A DNA stretch of 64,000 nucleotides, taken from positions 10,230,001 to 10,294,000 of the forward strand of contig NC_043014.1 in NCBI RefSeq assembly GCF_006345805.1, read 5' to 3'. Source of the DNA: Octopus sinensis (taxonomy: Eukaryota). The notes under the pieces were generated by a model. It was given only the letters and a program-made list of their open reading frames with translations, made no database searches and was not told the origin of the DNA. The position numbers were made by a program, and so were the translations under genes. This document shows positions 39,526 to 52,777 of the stretch, in pieces. Within the stretch, counting starts at the first letter, position 1; every line of letters starts with the position of its first letter.

Positions 39526-40254
39526 TCAATTATAAGAAATATAAATGAGGAAAACGCATAATTATAGCAAATGCACGTGCAATTGCGAGTTCCTAGTTTC
39601 GATCTCACTGGGTAGGGTTTTAGGTAAGAGATTACTAACATAGCATCGGTTGATCCCCCATCACCGATAAATAACATCGTGGGTGAAATTGTAGAGATGG
39701 CCTATGTAATTCACACTGAAGCTTCGTTAGAAATGATTTGTCGATGTATATTTGTGCTCTTACACACAAATTCAATGTACAAATAGTTAAGCTGGTCGAA
39801 CAACCAAACAGTAAACGTTGAAACCGATGGGAATTCATTTAATGATTGTGTGCATGAACTAGTAACTTACAAATTAAGTGTTACGATGGAATTCTAACAT
39901 TTAGCGATTGTCTGAAATAACATGAGAGCGAAGGGAACACGAACTGACATAAACGTTCCGCATTGTCAACAGTTTTCTCGTCTCCATCACAAAAACGATT
40001 CGAATACTATTTAGAAAGTGTCATTTACTTAGAAATAATTAGAAACACTTGGGAGAAGTCATGAAAATTATAACAATAATGCGTGTCCTTATAATTAACC
40101 TGCTGCATAGTGGCGTGTGTTTAGCTTAAGAACTTAACAGAGATTAGCTGTCACAGAACGTAGAGAAGATGGAAAACTGCGACTCATTAGCTACGAAGGA
40201 AAATATGGCGTGCTGAAATCAACAGGAGGTTAGGTAGAATATATAGAAATACAG

Positions 40255-40580
40255 TTCTATATTTAAGAGATGAGGAATTATGTACAGTAGTTACATTTGA
40301 CGGATATTTCTCATCATCTTGTTTGTTGTTAATGCAGCGTCTCGGCTGATATACCCTCCAGGCTTCGTCAGGTGCCTTGGGGGATATTTCGAACCTGGGT
40401 TCTCATTTCTAATATATACCTTAGGAAAAATACCTCAGGAATGAGAACACAAGTCCTAAATTTCACCCAAGACACCTGATGAAGGTTTGAGAGTATAACA
40501 GCCGAAACGTTGTGTTAACAACAAACAAGATGAGGACAAATAGTCAATGTAAATAATGTAAATAATGTAAAATATATAGA
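40255..40580. mobile_element. Head-to-head inverted pair of PLE-terminus-like segments
   Basis: ~40290-40408 pairs with ~40438-40560 (AATGAGAAC, CACCTGAYGAAG, CAGCCGA, TTAACAACAAACAAGATGA). Confidence 0.75.
40471..40516 (+). ncRNA. Minimal type I hammerhead ribozyme motif
   Basis: Stem I GACAC/GTGTT. Core CTGATGA plus an extra A. Stem II GGTT/AGCC (GGCTG/CAGCC in a two-copy consensus). GAAAC-GTT with palindromic AACGTT in place of stem III. Confidence 0.65.
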
Positions 40581-41071
40581 AATTTAGTAAATTTGAGAAG
40601 TCTTTGAACCATGGAGAAAATCTAAAGGCAAGTTTACCATTTTTTGTTCGAGTGTGTCAATCAGGCTGCAAGGTGGTGATGAAATACATAAAATACATAA
40701 TGACAAGACGAATTATTCAGTGGGTGAGAGGCAAGAAGACTTCATCATATTTTAACAATTGGGTTATATGTAGGCATATAGACGTGCATGTTCCTACATA
40801 GATACATATATATTTATATATATATATATATCCGACCGTTACGAAATATTTAGCCGACAGGTTTCTTTCAGTTTCCGTCTACCAAATCCACTCACATGGC
40901 TTTGGTCGGCCCGAGGCTATAGTAGAAGACACTTGTCCATGGTGCCACGCAGTGGGACTGAACCGGAACCATGTGATGGGAAGCAAGCTTCTTACCACAC
41001 AGTCGCGCCCGCACCTATATGTATCCTTACGTGTATTCATATGTACGTATATATGTATATTCATGTACATG

Positions 41072-41190
<119 letters not shown>

Positions 41191-41561
41191 TCTATCCACG
41201 TTATACAAAGACATTTTATTTAAACCTGTAATTTCTACGTTTATAAGTAGGCTGTTATATCCTTGGCATTTTAAGTGAATTTTTGTTTCCCTGGTAACTA
41301 TTTGTATTTTCATTGTTTCTTGTACACATTGAGAAAATATTTGAATTTTCTTTCACGGATTAGTACATTATGTACACACACACACACAGTGGTGATATTT
41401 TCAGCCGAGACGCTAGTATTGTATTTGATTCTTCAAAGGCTTCAAAATGTAAATATATTTTCTGGATTGTGGACATTTATTAATGGTTTTCCCATTGCGT
41501 TGATGAGCGATTTTCTATCATTAATAAAAATGTCGGCAGTTTCTCCGACACGGGAATTGTA

Positions 41562-41596
<35 letters not shown>

Positions 41597-41599
<3 letters not shown>

Positions 41600-41798
41600 T
41601 CTTTTACTTGTTTCAGTCATTTGACTGTGGCCATGCTGGAGCACCGCCTTTAGTCGAGCAAATTTACCCCAGGACTTATTCTTTGTAAGCCTAGTACTTA
41701 TTCCATCGGTCTCTCTTGCCGACCGCTAAGTTACGGGACATAAATACACCAGCTTCGGTTGCCAAGTGATGTTGGGGGGGGGGCAAACACAGACACAG

Positions 41799-41852
<54 letters not shown>

Positions 41853-42014
41853 GACGGGCTTCTTTCAGTTTCCGTCTACCAAATACACTCACAAGGCTTT
41901 GGTCGGCCCGAGGCTATAGTAGAAGACACTTGCCCAAGGTGCCACGCAGTGGGACTGAACTTTGAACCATGTGGTTTGTAAGCAAGCTACTTACCACACA
42001 GCCACTCCTACGCC
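41597..42014 (-). mobile_element. Full-length SINE family B
   Basis: Reverse complement of 44433-44852, with internal (CA)n(TA)n. Confidence 0.92.
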
Positions 42015-42334
42015 TATATATATATGAACGATATTTTCAAAACAAAATTTTAAAATATATTTGAGTTGATATGTATACTCTGTGTGTGTTTTCTGTATGT
42101 ATATGTGTGTGCATGTAAGTGCATGTGTGTATGTGTTTGAAACCGATAATCTAATACAAATTAGGATCAAAATTTGCAGTTTTATTTTGATTAAATTTCC
42201 AGCATCTTGAGACGAAACCTTTGAATGGTATTCTTCTCTTGGAGTAGCTGAGACTGTCGCCATTCCCACATCGTTTGTTGTTTGGTTCTTCTCTCTCTGG
42301 TGTGACAGTCGCGGTACATTTCGTTTCATTATAC

Positions 42335-42515
42335 GCATGTATGTATGTATGTATGTATGTATGTTTGTTTGTTTATATGTATGTACGTATGCATGTATGT
42401 ATATATGTATGCATGTATGTATGTATGTTTGTATGTATGTATGTTCGTTTGTTTGTATGTATGTATGTATGTATATATGTATGTATATACGTTTGTTTGT
42501 TTGTATGTATGTATG

Positions 42516-42548
<33 letters not shown>

Positions 42549-42870
42549 GTGTGTATGTATGTATGTATGTATGTATGTATGTATGTATGCATGCATGTAT
42601 GTATGTGTGTATGTATGTATGTATGTATGTTTGTTTGTTTGTATATATGTATGTATGTATATATGTATGTTTGTTTCTATGTATGTATGTATGTATGTAT
42701 ATATGTATGTATGTATGTGTGTGTATGTATGTATGTATGAATGCATGCATGCATGTGTGTATGTGTCTATGTATGTTTGTATGTATGTATGTATGTATGT
42801 ATGTATGTATGTATGTGTGTGTGTGTCTATGTATGTATGTATTTATGTATGTATGTATGTATGTATTGAT
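42335..42870. repeat. (TATG)n compound microsatellite
   Basis: Direct reading. Confidence 0.97.
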
Positions 42871-44015
42871 GGATGACTGGATGGATGGATTGATGATTTT
42901 CCTTTTTAATATTCCACATCAATTTTCACTTTCTTTAAAAAATCTCTTGAGTTTTTTAAACAAACCACTGAATCATCCAGTCTTTATTCTTCTCTATTTC
43001 TCCATTCATTAAAAAAAAAAAAATCCACCCGTCTTTAAAAATTCAAATAATCTTCTCAAATCTCTTCAATTTTTTTTTTTTTTGGTTATTTCTACGTTTC
43101 CATCCCATATGGCTAATGCCATTATTAGAGATTATTAGAAGCTTAGAGCGATCCCCAATTCTTTTTACATCGTTTACAAAATAAATCTTCACATGATCTC
43201 CACACATAAAAAGTTAATGAGGAAGATTTAAGAGAACTTCACCTTCCACTACCCCTGCCTCTATATCATCGTATATCCTAATATGTGTGTGTATGTGCTG
43301 TTACAGCGTGTCTTCCTCTATACGCAACTGTGTGTGCTTATTAATGTCTTGAGGTGCTATCTCTAAGAGGACATACTATTTCTACTTGAGATTTGTTTTT
43401 CTGTTTGTTTTCATGTGTAATATCCTCTGTTCATGTTTCCAGTCAGGCTGCCTTTTATTCTATCGTCCTTATATTTCTATCATACCCTTTATCTCTTTCA
43501 ATACGCGTTGTTTTCTTGCTCTCATGCACTCTTAAAATGCAATGCAAAGATTTCCATTTCAAATAAAGTGTCTAATTCAAATGTCTAATAAACGTGAAAT
43601 AATTAAATAGATAAGTGTATTGTGCACGTCTCATTTTTAGTGTAAATGTTTTAAATCGGTTATGAAGTAGATGCCGTTTAAAAATATATATATATTCAAT
43701 ATTATAATTGATATAAAATGTTTGGACATGTACAGAAAAACATTTTAAAAAGAGAAATGTGTTTTTGATTAAATTTCTAAACAGAGTGCTAATACAAATT
43801 GAAGATGAATATAATATTGACACAGCAAAGTAGAACAGATGATGTATTCATTAGATAAAGCCTAAGTACTTTATGTCCAATATCGCAAATGGGAAGTTTA
43901 TTTATGTGTGTTGAAGTGTGGATGTATATATATATATATATATATTTGTAAATGTCGAACGACGAGAATGAGTGTTCAACACTGCATCGGAGGATAAAAG
44001 TTCCTTAATTGTGAA

Positions 44016-44381
44016 CTAGCAGTATCGCTCGGCGTTGCCCGGGTTTGTTTCCACCTTTTAGAGTTGGAATTTTTGAAAAGTTAAAATTCTGCATTATGTA
44101 GCTTGTTATTCTCTTTAAGTGAACATTCTTCTGGTTGAAATACACTGAAAAATGGTGATACAGCAGTCAATAAATTGTAATAAAATAGGGATTTTCATAG
44201 AAAAAAGCACCTTTTTGATGTAAATAATTTTTGGTGTTGACATGGTCCGATTTGAAGTCTCTTTTCTATCATACTATCAATTTTGGTCAACTTGTGCCGC
44301 AGGGTCTCGGAGGAGATAGTGTTAGTTGAAGGCTACGAAACCTGCCATACACAGACAACTTCAGCTTTATATATAGAGAGA
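44016..44381 (-). mobile_element. Non-autonomous Helitron, copy 2
   Basis: Reverse complement of 29428-29820 with a small internal deletion. TC...CTAG ends in an A|T site. Confidence 0.9.
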
Positions 44382-44432
44382 TTAAGGCTATCATTCTACC
44401 ATTAGTTTTATGTTAAGAAAAATATATTAATA

Positions 44433-44852
44433 GGCGCAGGAGTGGCTGTGTGGTAAGTAGCTTGCTAACCAACCACATGGTTCCGGGTTCAGTCCCACTG
44501 CGTGGCATCTTGGGCAAGTGTCTTCTGCTATAGCCCCGGACCGACCAATGCTTTGTGAGTGGATTTGGTAGACGGAAACAGAAAGAAGCCTGTCGTATAT
44601 ATGTATATATATATGTATGTGTGTGTATGTGTTTGTGTGTCTATGTTTGTCCCCCTAGCATTGCTTGACAACCGATGCTGGTGTGTTTACGTCCCCGTTA
44701 CTTGGCGGTTCGGCAAAAGAACCGATAGAATAAGTACTGAGCTTACAAAGAATAAGTCCCGGGGTCGATTTTCTCAACTAAAGGCGGTGCTCCAGCATGG
44801 CGGCAGTCAAATGACTGAAACAAGTAAAAAAGTTTTAAAAAAAGTAAAGTAA
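44433..44852 (+). mobile_element. Full-length SINE family B
   Basis: GGCGCAGGAGTGGCTGTGTGG head, GGTTCAGTCCC B box, short internal TA/TG tract. Confidence 0.93.
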
Positions 44853-45711
44853 AGTACTATCTTTATTTTTCAGGCCGATCACATGGATGAATGATGTTCG
44901 TTTCCCTTGACGCATAATCAGAAGATCCATGCCTCACGTCTATTGATATTCATTTCAATGCGTAGGACTGAGGTGTAAACACAGAAACTAAATATTTTAG
45001 ACACGACCAGCAGGGAGCTGATTGCATTCCGCACACAAAAACGCACAGAAACAAACATGCACCGATACACACAAGCATCGCACACAGATACACAATGAGG
45101 GATTTAATTTGCAAATTTGTAAATAGTAGACTGTTTGCAGACGAAATAATCGTCATATTACGGGAACGAATGTTGGAAACGTATTGACTGTACAGAGCGA
45201 AACACTCCAACGTTAATTCCACGTTTGCACAGCATAACAGATTCGACTGAAATATATATTTTGAAACTACACACAGTCCAACGTTGACTGAGAGCGTTAA
45301 TTCAACATTACTGACATGATAAATATATTTCCACTGGCAGCTGAATGAAGTAATTGCCAGTAAGACACGTAATTGATTAGTTATATTAATTAAACTTTCA
45401 CTTTAGTTGAATTAGCCGAGTTTTATTATCAATTTGCAATAGTGTCAGAATTGTACAATAACATACACAATACTAGGCTGTAATAAGTTTCTCACTTGAT
45501 TTAGTATTCAAGTTGCAATGTTGATAATTTCTTGTCCATTCCTTCGAAGTTAATAAACCAGATGCCATTTTAATCAACAAGGTCATTTATAATTATTGAT
45601 CAACTTTAGATTTCACAGCTAAACCGAATATACATTACTGGGGATGTTTAAATAACGAAACACGTCTTTTGAATAAAGCACTCAGTTTTAAGTAAGATTC
45701 GCTCCAAAATA

Positions 45712-46275
45712 TTGGGCTGTCCGGAAAGTTCGTGCCGATTTATATTAGCTTACATTTCGACTTATTTTAGAACATGGTTGTGCCCATAAAATAATATTTG
45801 ACTACACCTGCATTTAGAGCACAGTTTAAGCCATCTTTTCGTGGAAGAAGATTTATGTTCCTATAACCTGTGTTGAATCTGTAACACTTTAAAAGGGAAG
45901 ATAAGAAAGTTCATTTTCAGCACTTGATGTTTTGGGAACCAGACAAAAATTGCTGTAGCTCGGCTGGGATGTGTTATCCCACCCTCCATATTCACCAGAT
46001 ATTGCCCCTTCGGATTTCCATATATTCAGGTCTCTGCAGAATAGACTTAATGGTAAAAATTTCAATTCCTTGGATGACGTAAAAAGATATCTTTATGAAT
46101 TCTTTGCCATTAAACCATCTCGATTCTGAGAAGAGGGTATTTTCAAGTTAAAGGAAAGATGGAGACGCATTGAGCAACAAAATTGTTCATATTTGGTTTA
46201 TTAAAAATGTAATGGCAAGTATTATTAACCTTATTCTTTCCTTTAAAATCGGCAGGAAATTTCCGGACAACCCTA
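45712..46275 (+). mobile_element. Mariner internal-deletion derivative, copy 3
   Basis: Same TIRs, TA flanks and deletion junction as the other two copies. Confidence 0.92.
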
Positions 46276-46478
46276 TATATTGTTTGTAATAATTTAAAAT
46301 TTCATGAACTGATCTTATTCGGGACATCACTCTTGCATTTTCGTTCTGAAATCTGAAATGGCCGGCGAAGAATTTTTGTCTGCTAGTAGATCGCATAATC
46401 TCGCTTTCCATGATCGAAATTTTTTAACAGAGAAAGAGAGAGTTGCACAAACATTACCGTGGTTTTCGATTCTAGCAC

Positions 46479-46874
46479 TTTTACTCTTTTCTCTCTTTTA
46501 CTTGTTTCAGTCATTTGACTGCCGCCATGCTGGAGCACCGCCTTTTTATCGAGCAACTTGACCCCGGGACATATTCTTTTGTAAGCCCAGTACTTATTCT
46601 ATCGGTCTCTTTTGCCGAACCGCTAGGTAACGACATAAACACAACAGCATCGGTTGTCAAGCAATGATAGGAGGACAAACACAGACACACAAACATATAT
46701 ATACATATATACGACGGGCTTCTTTCAGTTTCCGTCTACCAAATCCACTCACAAGGCTTTGGTCGGCCCGATGCTATAGTAGAAGACACTTGCCCAAGGT
46801 GCCACGCAGTGGGACTGAACCCGGAACCATGTGGTTGGTAAACAAGCTACTTACCACACAGCCACTCCTGCGCC
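46479..46874 (-). mobile_element. Full-length SINE family B
   Basis: Reverse complement of 44433-44852. Confidence 0.92.
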
Positions 46875-47365
46875 TATGTGTGAAGATTGGAACAACGGGA
46901 AATAAAGCGCTTTGTTAAAGATCACTCAATTGACACCTTGACCAGAAGACGAACCCAATAATTTACGATCATGGAACTCCTAGAAAATGTGATATTTTGA
47001 GCGATAACGATGTAGTTCACGCTTTCTAGTGTGACACTGAGAACATCTGTTACATTAACGCGTCAAATCTCACCAAAATGCCAACGAGTGAACAATCAAA
47101 CTATTTAGATTGGGGTAACATTCTTAATTGGTTTATTCATATTATTCCATATGTTTCTGATTTATTATGTTTGCCCGATTTATGAAGTCAGCTTATAGTT
47201 AAAATTTATTGCGCTTTATTATGAACTAGCAGTATAACCCGCCCTTAACCGGGATTAAGTTACGATTATTAAGCTAATCAAGTTCTTTATTTCAAACCAA
47301 ACTAAGTAATATAGACGTCAATTTGGGTGAAATCCGTTGAAATTAGTTATATTATATATATATAT

Positions 47366-47541
<176 letters not shown>

Positions 47542-47800
47542 TATATATATATATATATATTGAGAGAAGAACGAGATGGACGCTTCAATTCTATGCTGCT
47601 GCCGCATTATGTCGTACGTGAATGAGAGGATTTGCATCCCCAACCAAGAATTTTTGATGTAACACATGTCCTTGTGGAAGTTGTTGTGCGCGGCTGAAGA
47701 AGGCCACAGACATACATTATGCATTGTTATAAATCTGTCTAATAAAGGCCCGAAACATATGTACCGCTGAATCCTTGGCATCATGTTTTTATTTTGATCA

Positions 47801-47837
<37 letters not shown>

Positions 47838-47977
47838 AAATGAGAAAAATGGAGAAATATATCTAGATCAATCATCAACTATCAGATATTACCCAATCAA
47901 TACTTTATTAAACCACTACATAATAGCAATATTATACATTAATATAGTACAAATATAACAAGACATAGAAATACATT

Positions 47978-48064
<87 letters not shown>

Positions 48065-48677
48065 TACATATATATATATATTGTATATATTATATATATA
48101 TAATATAATATAAATATATATGGCCAACAGACTCGAACATACATACACACACGTACTTACATACATCTATTGCATGTTTTGTGCACGCATACATGTTCAT
48201 AAACAGAAATGAATGGAAAAATGTTGTTAAATTTGCAGATTAACACTCGCTCGATTTTCACTGAGAAAAAATCGGTTTTTGTTTTGCGTGGAATCAAATA
48301 CTCTGGCCTTTTTGTGGTCCGTGAAACGGAGTGGGATGTGGTGGAAGCCTTGCAAATTGTACCCATTTATATTGTGTAATTCACTGACAAATTGTTACTT
48401 ACCTCTTTGTTTCTTTGTTGTTAAATAAATGGATTGTCAACAAAACACTTTTTTACTCGGTGTAAAATAAAAACAAAATTCTTTCGCACCCAAAATAATG
48501 TGTGTGAGAGAAAGAGTGGCGAGAAATATGAACGATTTAAAATAAATAAATGATTTAAAATAAATATATTGTAATTGTTGTGTAAGAAAGTATATATACT
48601 ATGATTATAAAATACAGTATCTTTCAAAATCAAAAAACAGAACATTTTACATTTTACTTTTTATGAACGTCATAACT

Positions 48678-48725
<48 letters not shown>

Positions 48726-48980
48726 TTTTGTCTTTCCCGTGAAACACTCTGCCTCCTTCTTCCACTTTTCTTTATCTTTTTTTTTGTTAGACGACATCAA
48801 AAAAGCTAAGGCTGATACTTTTTGTGGCTAAAAACTATGACTGAAAATAGATATTTACGCTATCCACGGGTGCCTCGGGGAAAAAAATAAGTCGACAAAA
48901 CCCAGATAGGGTGTTCACAAATGTGTTCCTAAAATTGGAGTGACATGCGTGCTAATTTGTGGACGTGCATAAATTACAAT

Positions 48981-49016
<36 letters not shown>

Positions 49017-49755
49017 TCCTCCCTTTTATAGATATGATTTTATATGTGTAGAGTCAACCTCATATAGATATGCAAACTCGTCGTTTTGAATTCCTTCTAC
49101 TTGTTCAACAACTCTAGCTTGAATACTTACTCATTAGATCAAAGTGATATTTTTTTTCATATTGAAGAAGCGTTTTACCAGATACCAAGCGATTTATGAG
49201 CTCTGCCTTTATTCACAAACCCGTCTTTTAGAAACACTCTTTCTCATTTCTAATCAATAGGTTACACGTTAATATCTTCATGATAAACATTATTTCAGTC
49301 ATTTCAAATTTAGAGGACACTTCAAGCCGTTATATGAAATCAATACATTTTAAGCTTTGGACTATTTAATTGAAGATATCCTAATGTTTCACACGATTCT
49401 CTGATAATTGCATGTCATCTCTGTGTCTTATTTGAATAATCTAAACGTCTGCATATGATTCCTTACTTCCATTATTTTCTTTCTTCAATTTTACAAAATT
49501 TACGAACGACAATCTCTACTCTTCTAATCTTCAAAATAAAAACATCGAATGCAGAGAATTTCTGATATTTATATAATAATCTGACCCTTTCATCCATTAT
49601 CCATTTCATTAAGGGACAGAGAAATGGCATTATCGCAAATCCTATACTATTAAATTTTATTACTTCATTTTCCATGATTTACAATATTTAAGAATCCATA
49701 ATAACCATCATGCCTGTCTTCGATAAAAACAAATGTAATTCGTTGATGTTTACTG

Positions 49756-50138
49756 GGAAGCACTCCGTCGGTTACGACGATGAGGGTTCCAGTTGATCCG
49801 AATCAACAGAACAGCCTGCTCGTGAAATTAACGTGTAAGTGGCTGAGCACTCCACAGACACGTGTACCCTTAACGTAGTTCTCGGGGATATTCAGCGTGA
49901 CACAGAGAGTGACAAGGCCGGCCCTTTGAAATACAGGTACAACAGAAACAGGAAGTAAGAGTGAGAGAAAGTTGTGGTGAACGAGTACAGCAGGGATCAC
50001 CACCATCCCCTGCCGGAGCCTCGTGGAGCTTTAGGTGTTTTCGCTCAATAAACACTGACAACGCCCGGTCTGGGAATCGAAACCGCGATCCTATGACCGC
50101 GAGTCCGCAGCACTAACCACTGGGCCATTGCGCCTCCA
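49756..50138 (-). mobile_element. Full-length SINE family D
   Basis: High identity to the other D copies. Confidence 0.92.
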
Positions 50139-50515
50139 CATCCTGATGTGTTGTTCTTTTATTGTTTGTAACTAAAGTCTAAATGTTCGTTCATCCTTAC
50201 TCTAGTAGCGAAGTAATGCAACCAAGCTGCTATCACCAGCCAGTGTTGCCATGCAAAGTTTTGATGTTATTAATAGACGATGCCATTGCCATGTTGCACT
50301 GTATCTTAATAAAGGCATATTTGCTCGCGATTCTATAGAGGAAGAAATGTTATTCGACAGAACAGATTTGAAAATTACGCAGGTGTGGATAGGAACAGAC
50401 ATGGCTACGTGTTTAAGAAGCTCACAGACCCACTTTGCGACACATTGTTTCACCATAGGATCCACAGTGCTTTGTACGTTATTTAGAAGACGTATAAATA
50501 TGTGGAAGCCAGTCG

Positions 50516-50995
50516 TATATATGAATCTATCTGTCAATCTATTTATCTATATGTCTATCTATCTGTTTCTTTATCTATCTATTTATCTATGTATTTATCT
50601 ACATATCTATCTATATTTCGCCATGATAGATCGCTAGCCACTGAAACTTTTTCTATTTTCTCTCCCTGTTTACTTCTGTGCTCCTTTCTGTCGAAGAGCG
50701 AAGGCTCGAAACGTAAATGACTTTCATACTTCCCGAGCATCTGTAAACAAAAAACAGATGCATTAGCTTATCGCTCGGGAAGTACGATAGTCCTTTACGT
50801 TTCGAGCCTTAGCTCTTCGACAGAAAGGAGCACGGAAATAAACAGGGAGAGAAAATGGAAAAAGGTTTAGTGGCTAGCGATCTATCATGGCGAAATATAG
50901 AGAGATATGTAGATAAATACATAGATAAATAGATAGATAAAGAAACAGATAGATAGACATATAGATAAATAGATCGACAGATAGATTCATATATA
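50516..50995. repeat. 480-bp palindrome (~220-bp arms) containing PLE-terminus-like hammerhead-type motifs
   Basis: 50516-50738 pairs with 50773-50995, including the irregular TCTA tract. Each arm has CTGTCGA-A-GAGC-NAAG-GCTC-GAAAC-GTA. Confidence 0.9.
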
Positions 50996-51074
50996 TATAT
51001 ATAATAATAATAATAATATAATAATAATAATATAATAATAATAATAATAATATTAATACTAATAATAAATAAAT

Positions 51075-51318
51075 GCGCCCTTTTAAAGCCTAACCAGGCT
51101 CATGGCCCCGGTTTTCTGGTTTCAATGGCGTATGTGTTCCCCAGCAGGACAGGATGCCAGTCCATCGCAGCTTTACTCATTCTTGCCAGCTGAGTGGACT
51201 GGAGCAGCGGGAAATGAAGTGTTTTGCTCAGGAACACAACGCGTCGCCCGGTCCAGGAATCGAAACCACAATCTTACGATCATGATGCTGACACCCTAAC
51301 CACTAAGCCATGCGCCTC

Positions 51319-51320
<2 letters not shown>
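51075..51320 (-). mobile_element. SINE family E (D-like tRNA head, V-domain-like segment)
   Basis: GGAGGCGCATGGCTTAGTGG head. Minus-strand CTGCGATGGACTGGCATCCTGTCC (51147-51170) resembles the V-SINE domain as I recall it. Confidence 0.75.
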
Positions 51321-51351
<31 letters not shown>

Positions 51352-51419
51352 CCAGCTATCTATCTATCTTTTCATCTACCTCTCCATCAATCTGTCTATC
51401 AAAGGTTCTATCTTTTATA

Positions 51420-51800
51420 TGCGTATGTTTGTGTGTGTGTATGTATGTATGTGTGTGTGTGTATGTGTGTGTATGTGTGTGTGTATGTGTGTGTGTTTGT
51501 GTGTGTGTGTGAGTGTATGTGTGTTTGTGTGTGTGTATGTGTGTGTGTGTTTGTGTGTGTGTTGTGTATGTATGTGTGTGTTTGTGTGTGTATCTGTATG
51601 TTTGTGCGTGTGTGTGTGTGTATGTGTGTATGTGTGTTTGTGTGTGTGTGTATGTGTGTGTGGTGTGTGTGTATGTGTGTATGTGTGTGTGTGTTTGTGT
51701 GTGTGTGTATGTGTGTGTGTGTGTGTGTGTGTATGTGTGTGTGTGTTTGTGTGTGTGTATGTGTGTGTGTGTTTGGTGTGTTTTGTGTGTGCGTTTGCGT
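51420..51800. repeat. Imperfect (TG)n tract
   Basis: Direct reading. Confidence 0.95.
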
Positions 51801-52401
51801 TTGTTCCTCAACCCATTAGGTTTACATTCTAGCAACTTAGCGTTTCGGGGAAGGAAAAAAAAGGGAAACGGCAGGATAAATATGAGACTTTGAAAACAAA
51901 ATATAGAGTTCGAATCTGTTCAACTAAACTCGTCCAACTGCAATACGAAACAAATGAAAATTGAATCCTTTGCTGAGTGGCAGCGCAAGTAACTGACACA
52001 ACACTTTATATTGGGGTTAGATATTTCATAAATCTCGAAACAATGACATTCGCATTGATTAATGGCAAGTTTTAAATGCACAATCATCAGTGATAAAACT
52101 GTACAGAGGAAAGTAATGAGTAACTTTGCCTTACGCATTCAGCAAGAAATAATTAAACTAAATGAAATCAATTAAAATCAATGATTAATATAACGAATTG
52201 GTTACGTGTCTTACTAGCAATTACATTATATGCATTAATCAGTTGCCAATTAATTTTTTTTTAATCAATGAATGCGTTCTGAATTAACACGTCGACTGTG
52301 TGTGCAGTATGAAGACATAAATAAATCATTGTTCAAAGATAAGATTTCTCGTATTGTACTATTGACATACATTGGCCTACATATATATGTATATATATAC
52401 G

Positions 52402-52522
<121 letters not shown>

Positions 52523-52721
52523 ACATATACATTTATATATATATACATATATATATATATTATATACATACATATATTTTATATATATATCTATATTGTA
52601 TAGAGGGCATTATTACACATAAATGCCTCACACTAGGAGGGACAAGAGTCATTACTACCAAAATTATACTAATCATACCCAAATGCAGTTTTTCAAAGCA
52701 AGACATTTAAAAATGAATTAT

Positions 52722-52777
52722 GTTCTGTATCACCGTGATTTCACATACAACTTGCGTCTAATGATCGTCAGCAGAAC
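52722..52777 (-). ncRNA. Type I hammerhead ribozyme (first of 9 identical minus-strand copies)
   Basis: Identical 56-nt motifs at 52722, 53195, 53670, 54143, 54614, 55085, 55559, 56034 and 56506. The structure is given in the 56737 entry. Confidence 0.82.
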
